DNA of 64,000 nucleotides from Candidatus Thorarchaeota archaeon. GTDB taxonomy: Archaea > Asgardarchaeota > Thorarchaeia > Thorarchaeales > Thorarchaeaceae. How positions within the stretch are numbered: position 1 is the first letter of the stretch; every line of letters begins with the position of its first letter. Shown here one piece after another: positions 56,639 to 64,000 of this stretch. The translations under genes were made by a program, and so were the position numbers. The stretch covers positions 201,020 through 265,019 of the forward strand of contig JAFGAR010000081.1 of NCBI GenBank assembly GCA_016933575.1, given 5' to 3'. The notes beneath the pieces were generated by a model that searched no databases, was not told the DNA's origin, and saw only the letters and a program-made list of their open reading frames with translations.

Positions 56639-57622
56639 ATGTTACGGCTTGTCATTCCTATGGACCACAAGACTGCCTCTGAGATTCTTCGTATTGCCTC
56701 AGAGATTGAATCCAATGGTTTTGCTGATGTTGCTAGAGGTATCACTGAATCAAAGGTTCTAGGACTGCTATTTCATGGTGCTACTCTCCGTGATAGTTCT
56801 ATCTGTAATCTTGCTGCTGCTAGATTGAATATGCAATCAGTCGACCTCAGTTGGAGCGATGTTGATTTTGCAGATTCCAACACCCTACTTGAGGAATTGA
56901 AGATGGCAAGTGATGCAGTAGACTTGCTTGTCACTATTTTTTCCGGTCATGAAACATTTGGCGAAGGAAGAAGGCTCACAACGAAGTTTCCAGATTATTC
57001 ATCGGTACCGGTCATTAGCCTCCGTGATGACATCTACGACTGGCAATCTGCTCTCTCTCACATCCGTGGATTCCAGAGAGAATTGGGGGATATTCAGGGG
57101 AAGCAGATTGTGATCAACTGGGCCTTCGGATCCACATTTGCAAGTCCTTCTATAGCCCATGGTCTGTTGGCGTTGAGTGCGCTCCTTGGAGCCAATGTCA
57201 GGGTGGTTGCACCACCTGAGTTCTCCCTTCTAAACCGCGTCCGACGGAAGGCAAAAGAGATTGCTAGTGAAACCGGTTCTACCTACGCAGAGGCCTCTCA
57301 ATTCGATGATGCCTTCAAGGATGCTGACGCGGTCTTTTCTCTGAACTGGTTTCGACTTGATGATTTCAACCATCCTGAGAGAAATCCACAGTATGCTAGC
57401 AAGTACAAGGACTGGTACATGACTCAGGAGATCATTCCTGAGCACTGCGTCTTCTCAACTGAGCCTACTATGCAGACAGATCTAACGCTTGATTCCTCTC
57501 TCCTTGGAGATTCACGGAATATCACAAGGTCTTGGCTAGTACGGCGTGTACGTGTTCTTGCTGCAGGAACTCTTCATACGCTTCGTAAAAACGGAAATGT
57601 AACTGATTCTTCCATTGTATAG
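56639..57622 (+). CDS. YgeW/ornithine carbamoyltransferase-fold protein lacking catalytic motifs
   Basis: GKQIVINWAF..SIAHG..LGANVRVVAPPEF, AFKDADAV; no STRT, HPxQ or HCLP. Confidence 0.7.
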   Translation: MLRLVIPMDHKTASEILRIASEIESNGFADVARGITESKVLGLLFHGATLRDSSICNLAAARLNMQSVDLSWSDVDFADSNTLLEELKMASDAVDLLVTIFSGHETFGEGRRLTTKFPDYSSVPVISLRDDIYDWQSALSHIRGFQRELGDIQGKQIVINWAFGSTFASPSIAHGLLALSALLGANVRVVAPPEFSLLNRVRRKAKEIASETGSTYAEASQFDDAFKDADAVFSLNWFRLDDFNHPERNPQYASKYKDWYMTQEIIPEHCVFSTEPTMQTDLTLDSSLLGDSRNITRSWLVRRVRVLAAGTLHTLRKNGNVTDSSIV

Positions 57623-57826
57623 TATCAATAATATGATAGGATGTCAAAGCGTATTCAATTAACTTCTCACTCAACTTCAAGCATATGTTTCTTGCTTTCT
57701 CCATTTTTTTTCAATTAGTAGCAACCTACGCAGCTGATAATACTGCTAGTTCATCGGAAAGTACCTCATCTACTTGTGGTAAGTTCAGCACGATGAAAAA
57801 TATCATAATACCTCATCATATTCTGT

Positions 57827-58237
57827 CTATTCTGTTCCAGTGGATTCATCCTCACTTTCGTCGTGGAGCGGATTCTCGATATTGATACCAAAGATTGAAC
57901 CTATCACAAAGCCAATGATTACAAAGGCTGGAAGTGCAATCCAGTACGATTCTAGTACCTCTAAGAAATATGAAGGTGTAAACAATAGTAAAACAGACCA
58001 TATTGTCACAATGACAAGACCAAAGTGCATCGCTGAAAACAGACCTTCCTTAACAGGACTATTGATATTATTTGCATACCATAATCCGCGTTCACCTTGC
58101 TTTATTGCTACGCTCTTCGACTGATTCGCTAGATTCAATCCCCACAGCTTATACCGAAACACGGCTAACCAGACGATAACCGCCATCAGAATGGCTACAG
58201 TCAAATAGCCAACCTCAACAGTACCTGATTGCATCAT
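57827..58237 (-). CDS. Small 3-TM membrane protein (candidate immunity-type gene)
   Basis: 136 aa, three hydrophobic segments. Confidence 0.7.
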   Translation of the reverse strand: MMQSGTVEVGYLTVAILMAVIVWLAVFRYKLWGLNLANQSKSVAIKQGERGLWYANNINSPVKEGLFSAMHFGLVIVTIWSVLLLFTPSYFLEVLESYWIALPAFVIIGFVIGSIFGINIENPLHDESEDESTGTE

Positions 58238-58269
58238 AATTCCACACTCTTTGCTTTAATCAATAAAAA

Positions 58270-58311
58270 GACAGCAGCTTTATAGGTTTGTATGACCCTA
58301 AAACTGCTGTC
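58270..58311 (-). terminator. Inter-cassette hairpin followed by a T-run
   Basis: GACAGCAGTTTTAGG-N10-CCTATAAAGCTGCTGTC then TTTT on the minus strand. Confidence 0.4.
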
Positions 58312-58344
58312 ATGATGTTCCTGCTTAGAAAATCGCATCTATTA

Positions 58345-58665
58345 TCATAATATCTCTCTAGTTCCTATGAAGGCAATAACTAATAGAAGTAATAGACAAC
58401 TCAGAGAGTTTGATACCACTTCTCCAAAAACAGTTGGGATCAACGCTAATGAAGTGAGCCAGAGGAAGAAGAAAGGAAACGAAAATACAAAAAGACTGAA
58501 TAAGCTATACTTGATTTGCTCGTTCAGCTTTCTTGCAAGGGTATGGAAAAAATTCACTCTTTCTAATTCAGAAATACGAAGCTGATTCCTCGCGCCTGCT
58601 ACCTTTAGCCAGATATAAAATAATGTGACACTCATAAGAGAGTCTATAATGATTAATTGCAGCAA
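58345..58665 (-). CDS. Small 3-TM membrane protein (candidate immunity-type gene)
   Basis: 106 aa, hydrophobic, GAGGGA upstream. Confidence 0.6.
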   Translation of the reverse strand: MLQLIIIDSLMSVTLFYIWLKVAGARNQLRISELERVNFFHTLARKLNEQIKYSLFSLFVFSFPFFFLWLTSLALIPTVFGEVVSNSLSCLLLLLVIAFIGTREIL

Positions 58666-58709
58666 GGCAAATCCCTCAGCTTCGATTAGTCAACAATAGA
58701 ACTACATTT

Positions 58710-59087
58710 CTAACTATCATTTCTCTTTTTTAGTATATAGGCAAACAATGCTATCAATATACTTGCAACTACTCCAAGTTCTATGATTATTGTAAAATTG
58801 GTTGGATCAATCACAAGAGATACCATACAACCAGCTAGTCCGAACAAGTCTGATAGAACTATGACTCTCGTATATGACACAAGAATTGAGTTCCAAAACC
58901 ATGGGAAATTTCTCATTGCTTCAACGAATCCGTATGACAGAAGGATTGTGAATAATGCTAGACACCACCCCAAGATAAAACTGAACATGTTCCAGCTCAA
59001 GGAGAGGGAGAATAAGTTCGAAATGGTTAATCCAGTTATGAGAATAGCATATATTCCAGCTAGTCTGTAACTACTTTTTTCCCCCAT
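58710..59087 (-). CDS. Small 4-TM membrane protein (candidate immunity-type gene)
   Basis: 125 aa, AGGAGG upstream. Confidence 0.7.
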   Translation of the reverse strand: MGEKSSYRLAGIYAILITGLTISNLFSLSLSWNMFSFILGWCLALFTILLSYGFVEAMRNFPWFWNSILVSYTRVIVLSDLFGLAGCMVSLVIDPTNFTIIIELGVVASILIALFAYILKKRNDS

Positions 59088-59149
59088 AGAATGCTACGAA
59101 CCTCCTTGGTCCATTTACGTATTTATTTTAGTAATACTACGAAAATGAA

Positions 59150-59452
59150 CTAACAGTACACCCATAAAAAGTACTGGATTACTATAGAACGAACAGTCCA
59201 TATTGTCCAAGTCTTCCATTTTTTCAGTGCAGCAGCGGTATTGAGCACTAACACGATAAACTCATTCATCTGGACTATCGTCATTTCGTTATCGAGTGCC
59301 GTATCACCTGTACTGTCTTCGAATCCTAAATTAAAGAAGAGATCGAAAGACATATGCAAGTCTGCAATCCCTCCAGCTAATGTGATAACTGACCGGAGTA
59401 TATGAACACGAAGCCACAACCCGACCCGGCACAAGATAATTTTGATTTTCAA
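59150..59452 (-). pseudogene. Truncated cassette fragment homologous to 61649-62458
   Basis: Ungapped 52-aa alignment with 15 identities (LWxRxH, LHxSxD, DTxLD, T, Q). Confidence 0.7.
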
Positions 59453-59496
59453 GTACCTCTCGTGTCCTCTTGCCTAGTACTTTTTGAGGGAAATAG

Positions 59497-59874
59497 TCAT
59501 GGTGAGTTGGAAATCTTGCATCTCACCCACCTTTCTATGAACAGACGTAATGGCACAATAGAGATGTATATGACTATCATGAATAGGATTAGAAACGTTA
59601 CGTAGCTTGAGATGGGTTCTTGCAGAATTGTGGGCCAGAGGATGAGTCCAATGAAGCAGGTGAATATTGGTATCATAAATACTACTGACTGGATTAAGCC
59701 ACCGTACTTACCTTGTACGAATCGACTAGCCCAAGTCTCGTACTTCGATTCGGGTCTGACTGCAACTCCCATTATCTGCAATGTGCGACGAAGCCTTATC
59801 CCCTGAAATAGCAGAGTAGGTAAGATGAATATTATAATGACAACGATATAAACAAGAAATAGTACAATTTCCAC
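59497..59874 (-). CDS. Small 3-TM membrane protein (candidate immunity-type gene)
   Basis: 125 aa, GGTGA RBS before GTG. Confidence 0.7.
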   Translation of the reverse strand: MEIVLFLVYIVVIIIFILPTLLFQGIRLRRTLQIMGVAVRPESKYETWASRFVQGKYGGLIQSVVFMIPIFTCFIGLILWPTILQEPISSYVTFLILFMIVIYISIVPLRLFIERWVRCKISNSP

Positions 59875-60030
59875 TATTCACCATCTCCTACAAAGAGTTA
59901 GATAAGGCAATGGGAATCCAATAATTGAAGAACAACAACCACGGGTCACCATGCATCAAGTTTATACCTCCAGTACTACAGCAGGTAAGACCCTCTTTGA
60001 ATCCACGCCTGCCATCTAGTCCTTTTGTTA

Positions 60031-60435
60031 TTAGGTCATCGAAGAGTTATTACCTGATAATGAGTCCTTTGAAAATAGCCCATTTTCCAATATATTATGC
60101 CTTATTTGATGTATCTTCCAGATGAACAAGGCTAGCAGAATCCACATAATAATTGTTCCTCCAATTGTAGTGTATGGAGGCGCATATCCTGTCAACACCT
60201 CAAAGATAAATGTCAGAAGATATGCGCTCCAAAAATAACTGACAACGAAAGATGGTATCAAAGACATAACGTCAAATATGTAATCGATCCTTGTTTGATG
60301 GCTTCCATATGTCTTCACATTATTTGTGGATGCTCCAATCCATCGAAATGTCAACCCTCCAATGAACGCAGGAATGCAAACTATAAGGATCCCAGTAAAG
60401 GTCAGAAGAACAATTCCTACTATCATGTCTATCAT
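60031..60435 (-). CDS. Small 3-TM membrane protein (candidate immunity-type gene)
   Basis: ATG 1 nt after the stop of the upstream cassette fragment. Confidence 0.7.
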   Translation of the reverse strand: MIDMIVGIVLLTFTGILIVCIPAFIGGLTFRWIGASTNNVKTYGSHQTRIDYIFDVMSLIPSFVVSYFWSAYLLTFIFEVLTGYAPPYTTIGGTIIMWILLALFIWKIHQIRHNILENGLFSKDSLSGNNSSMT

Positions 60436-60436
60436 T

Positions 60437-61066
60437 TTAGAAATCTCCCGTCCTGTATGCCAAAGCAAATGTCAGCAGCAATAGACCAGTCACGATTAGC
60501 ACAAGTCTAACTGCAAGTGAACCTATTGTTAATGCCTCTGCAACTTTCCAAATAAAGAATGTTGCTGGAGGATATAGTAGACTTATTATTGTTGCAGGAA
60601 TTGCTGCCAAGTACCCACCAAAAGCTGATATCAGACAACCAGCTCCGCAAACAAGACAGACCCAAGCTGCCCAACCTAGCCCCTTTAAACCTGACATAAG
60701 CCAAAGGTCAATGTTTATTCTCAGTGATACTATTGCAGCGACCCATAATCCGACTGCAACTGCTCCCACACCGCTAATAAATCCCAGTCCAGCTGTCGCC
60801 TCAATAAATTTAATCGTTAGAAGACAAAGGGTCATGAATGTTGAGAACGCGATGAATGGAGCCAATTCTTCTATTGCTTCTTCCCAAAATTCTTGTTCAT
60901 CATCTTCTTGTCACGACGAAGCTGGAGTAAATTCTAAAACCGTTGTTCTGTCAAGTAGATCACGTTTTGCATGGAAATAGATGTCTTCCATTTGTTCACC
61001 CTGTTCTGGATGCGCACGTCCAGCAGGAGGTGCTGGAATTGACGGGGTTTGAAGAGAGGCACTTGA
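60437..61066 (-). pseudogene. Cassette fragment with hydrophobic tip, interrupted by an in-frame TGA at 60911-60913
   Basis: Reads GRAH..YFHAKRDLL..*QEDDEQEFWEE..VAVGLWVAA..G..AAW, paralleling PRLH..LHFSVDIL..DDQIWE..VAILLWCAA..G..CAW in 61649-62458. Confidence 0.65.
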
Positions 61067-61648
61067 TTATGAATCTCTCTGTATATTGATTTTGTTTGAT
61101 AGTACATCCTGAGCCACGGAGCCGACCCAGTCGCTTCTTTTTGCTATTATTTGAATCGCTTCCTGATAGTATTCATACCCAGTATCTTCAACTTTCATGT
61201 GGTACATTAGAAGAAACCGCTTCAAGCTCTCTGAAGAACGATTCCATGTCCGTGCTCTGAAGATCCAAATGCTTGCTAATCGATTAGAGTAGGGCGGAAA
61301 CACCCATTGAAAAGATGGATGCCGGTACAATCCAGCAACAAGGACTCCATACGCGAGGATGATGAACATCCATTCTCCCATGGATATCAACAAATATGAG
61401 GATGTCACTTCTGATGTGATGCCGACTCCCAAACCAAGACGAAATCCGCTTAGATAACTCTTCGCGGTCCAGAAGACTATCGAAACAAGTAGAACATAGA
61501 GAATCAACGTTCGCTTGATTCCACCAAAGAACAAAACTCCTGTTCTTTGAATCAAGTACGGCCCTCGTTTCCAAGTAGAACTATAGTTCAGTATGGGCAG
61601 CACTACAACTGTGATGCACCCAAACACCGTCCAGAAAATCACATCCAT
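61067..61648 (-). CDS. 3-TM membrane protein with soluble C-terminal tail (candidate immunity-type gene)
   Basis: ATG directly abuts the TAG of the upstream ORF. Confidence 0.75.
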   Translation of the reverse strand: MDVIFWTVFGCITVVVLPILNYSSTWKRGPYLIQRTGVLFFGGIKRTLILYVLLVSIVFWTAKSYLSGFRLGLGVGITSEVTSSYLLISMGEWMFIILAYGVLVAGLYRHPSFQWVFPPYSNRLASIWIFRARTWNRSSESLKRFLLMYHMKVEDTGYEYYQEAIQIIAKRSDWVGSVAQDVLSNKINIQRDS

Positions 61649-62458
61649 CTATGCAGCCCCCACGTCTCTCATTGCTTGTTCATAGAAGATTCCATACATA
61701 TGTAAAGTTACTATCGCCACGGATATTTTTAAGGCTATCAGAAAGATAGCCCAATACCCCTTTAGACCATTGTTATCAAACAGCGATGGGAAATCTTCAT
61801 AGGTCTTTCCAAGCCAAGCAGCACCAGCCCAGAAACCAGCGAACAAAACAACATCGAAAAGAAAAGCTTCTTGGAAATTCGCCATCCAAGCACAGGCCTG
61901 TATTGCGGACAGAAATCCTTGGTTAACGTACTCAAGCATCCACCAAATCCATATACCGAACGCAGCGCACCATAAAAGAATCGCCACCGAAAAAGCAGTC
62001 TGTGTGCCAGGTACTAGCAATAGGGCCGCCAGTATATCTATTGCCGCAAGGGAATATCCAAGATATCGGCCAAAAGCAGCAAACCAACCGCCGCGAGCTT
62101 CCCAAATTTGGTCATCTACTGAGGCTTGAAGAGCTTCCAGCTGCTGTGTTGTAAGATCATCATCAAGTGTCGTATCATAGAGTATCTCTTCAACTCTCAC
62201 AGATCCTAAAATATCAACAGAAAAATGCAAAAGTAGAGAGCTTGTCGATGACGGTGCCGCAGTATAATACGCATGAAGTCGTGGCCAGAGTTGCTCCCAC
62301 CAATACAATGCATTTGCTGCCAGTGATAGAAGGTAGTTCGTTTGGGTTTTAGATTCTGGACTTTCTGGGTCATCTCCATCGTACGTCCCGTCCGCCACCT
62401 CCGGCTCAGGGACCAGGGTCTCCTGGTCAGCGTAGAGGTTGACCGCATGGAGACGCAT
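61649..62458 (-). CDS. Probable orphan C-terminal module: acidic linker, conserved motif, 4-helix hydrophobic tip
   Basis: 269-aa ORF; the frame continues upstream through stops in a GC-richer stretch. Confidence 0.65.
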   Translation of the reverse strand: MRLHAVNLYADQETLVPEPEVADGTYDGDDPESPESKTQTNYLLSLAANALYWWEQLWPRLHAYYTAAPSSTSSLLLHFSVDILGSVRVEEILYDTTLDDDLTTQQLEALQASVDDQIWEARGGWFAAFGRYLGYSLAAIDILAALLLVPGTQTAFSVAILLWCAAFGIWIWWMLEYVNQGFLSAIQACAWMANFQEAFLFDVVLFAGFWAGAAWLGKTYEDFPSLFDNNGLKGYWAIFLIALKISVAIVTLHMYGIFYEQAMRDVGAA

Positions 62459-62698
62459 CTGGTTAAGCGCATAGGTCCTCGGAGAGTTGAACGATAGTTA
62501 CCCCTGCACCGCTATTAGCGTTATCAGCTGTCCACGCAGTTACTGCGACAAGCTGCAGTGAAAGTTTCTCGGATGAGGCGGTGGGGGTCGGTCACTGGGC
62601 CAAGTATCAGTTACTTAAATTGAAAGAGCACATTACTTGGTTTCATCAAAGAATGAAGTTATGAAAATCTTTTCCATTAATGTTGTATCTTTGTTCCA

Positions 62699-63052
62699 TC
62701 ACTCATTACCATCAGCATAAGAATCACGAATCTGCTTTAAAAGAGGTTCTAGCTCAGGTATGTCTTCCTTTATCACGAGCCACACAGCTTCATAGTCAAC
62801 AGTAAAATAACTATGGATTATCTTATCTCTCATCCCTGCCATCGCACGCCATGGAATCGAAGGATAACGAGCACGCACCTCTTCCGGTATTTGTTTGGTT
62901 GCCTCTCCAATGACTTCAAGACATCGAATTGCTGCATCACTGGTCTTTTGATCGGTTGAGAATTCACTGAACGACAGCCCCTCAATATAGGTAGTAGCTC
63001 GTCCCATATATTCAATGATGTCATCAACATAAATCCGGATGGCCCTTTTCAC
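62699..63052 (-). CDS. HEPN/DUF86 ribonuclease toxin (HepT-like)
   Basis: LEVIGEA, IPWRAMAGMRDKIIHSY (RX4HXY). Confidence 0.92.
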   Translation of the reverse strand: MKRAIRIYVDDIIEYMGRATTYIEGLSFSEFSTDQKTSDAAIRCLEVIGEATKQIPEEVRARYPSIPWRAMAGMRDKIIHSYFTVDYEAVWLVIKEDIPELEPLLKQIRDSYADGNE

Positions 63053-63351
63053 AGAGGAATTGCCTCCCCTAATATGGCACGCCGTAGCTCCTGCCGTATA
63101 CTCCTTCTTAGGATGACATCCACTTGGACGCCCAAGAGATCGGTCAGATGATTCTCAAGGGAAATAATGTGAAGCAGACTGACTGGACTGGAAAACTCCA
63201 CTAGAAGATCCACATCACTCTCTTCTCTCTGTTGGCCTCTCACATATGAACCAAAGATAGCAATGCTCTTGACTTTGAATTGCTGTTCAAGTTCATCCCT
63301 ATATTGCTTGAGAATGGCCTTGACCTCATCTGCAGTCTGCAATAGAATCAC
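63049..63351 (-). CDS. Minimal nucleotidyltransferase antitoxin (MntA-like)
   Basis: IFGSYVRG..SDVDLLVEF; 4-nt overlap with the HEPN gene. Confidence 0.92.
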   Translation of the reverse strand: MILLQTADEVKAILKQYRDELEQQFKVKSIAIFGSYVRGQQREESDVDLLVEFSSPVSLLHIISLENHLTDLLGVQVDVILRRSIRQELRRAILGEAIPL

Positions 63352-63488
63352 CAGTGTCTAACATGAGTTCTTGTTCATATATCATTTACCAATAGCTCAA
63401 GGATAAGCCATTCGTTTCGTAATGGGGACTATCCTGCTAGACATCTATTCACAGGACACTGGTGCGGATGGCTCTAAATGAAGTGAGT

Positions 63489-63620
63489 TCATCTTCTACT
63501 GGCAATAGCTACGCACTTCAGGACACTCAGCATTCTCCCCTTTGTACGAACGATCAAAAATCCAAGCTTCTGTAGCACTTTAACCAGCTGTTGACCTTCG
63601 ATAACAGAAAGTCGTGACAT
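63489..63620 (-). pseudogene. hicA: Truncated HicA toxin
   Basis: MSRLSVIEGQQLVKVLQKLGFLIVRTKG then diverges exactly where GSH is expected; stops after 43 aa. Confidence 0.75.
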
Positions 63621-63670
63621 GTTTGTACCACCTGAAAGTAATATAAAAAAGAGAGCCACTAGAAAGGTCT

Positions 63671-63889
63671 CTACGGAATAATGATCTCTATCTCTCGGAA
63701 TCCAATGAATTGATTCAAACTAGCCACCTCTTCCCCTTCAAGGCACATATCGATGACTTCTCTCAGATTTTCCAGAGCCTCATCGATAGTTTCCCCATAT
63801 GAGTGGCATCCTTTGAACACGGGGCAACTCACGATATAGACCCCGTCCTCGTCGATCTCCACAAGAACAGGTAAGTTGAGTTTGCTCAT
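63671..63889 (-). CDS. hicB: HicB-like antitoxin
   Basis: DEDGVYIVSCP.FKGCHSYGETIDEALENLRE. Confidence 0.88.
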   Translation of the reverse strand: MSKLNLPVLVEIDEDGVYIVSCPVFKGCHSYGETIDEALENLREVIDMCLEGEEVASLNQFIGFREIEIIIP

Positions 63890-64000
63890 CCTCTACACTT
63901 CCACAAATCTATCCGCCATATCCAGATAAATTCCTTTGGAGATTTGACTTCATCTCTTCTGATATATCCATCATCATAAGAATGCTCTCCATCTTGAAAA

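Noticed and set aside
60911-60913. In-frame TGA as selenocysteine
   Set aside because: It lies in an acidic linker with no Cys in the homologous cassettes and no SECIS seen; a nonsense mutation in a silent cassette is simpler.
57827-63889. Integron cassette array
   Set aside because: No repeated attC with RYYYAAC/GTTRRRY ends, no integrase in the window, and several genes abut with 0-1 nt gaps.
63886-64000. Partial minus-strand ORF at the right edge
   Set aside because: Two short open frames, no recognisable motif; cannot be called.
1-64000. CRISPR array, rRNA, transposase; most short antisense ORFs in the track
   Set aside because: No regularly spaced repeats, rRNA signatures or transposase motifs were seen. 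The short ORFs are shadows of well-supported genes.

Overview
Archaeal chromosomal segment, most likely Asgard (Thorarchaeia-like). This is inferred from the roadblock/LC7 protein, Get3-like ATPase, CdvA-like protein, LRR-like protein, GGGP synthase, two TFBs, Rpo12 and the archaeal/eukaryotic-type selenocysteine machinery. The core part carries hdrA, a complete Sec cluster except SelD (SelB/EFSec, SepSecS, a 9/4 tRNA-Sec(UCA) missed by the ORF track, PSTK), LeuRS, an MvhDGA hydrogenase whose large subunit lacks its C-terminal Ni motif, and a two-AOR / cyclic amidohydrolase / PreA / deaminase / YgeW-like catabolic block. Two accessory regions stand out. (1) A 2.8-kb insert (5081-7885) sits inside the aIF1/SUI1 gene: an intact but synonymously divergent copy of the last 70 SUI1 codons is stranded at 4868-5080. 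(2) A minus-strand array at about 57.8-62.6 kb alternates start-less or broken fragments with small, mutually unrelated multi-pass membrane proteins. The fragments share an RxH...HxxxD module followed by divergent hydrophobic tails. Toxin-antitoxin genes flank the array. This is the architecture of an orphan tip/immunity cassette array of a polymorphic (probably membrane-acting) toxin or recognition system. Several unannotated small ORFs and structured intergenic RNA candidates were also found. Product calls are from motif recognition only; no database searches were run.
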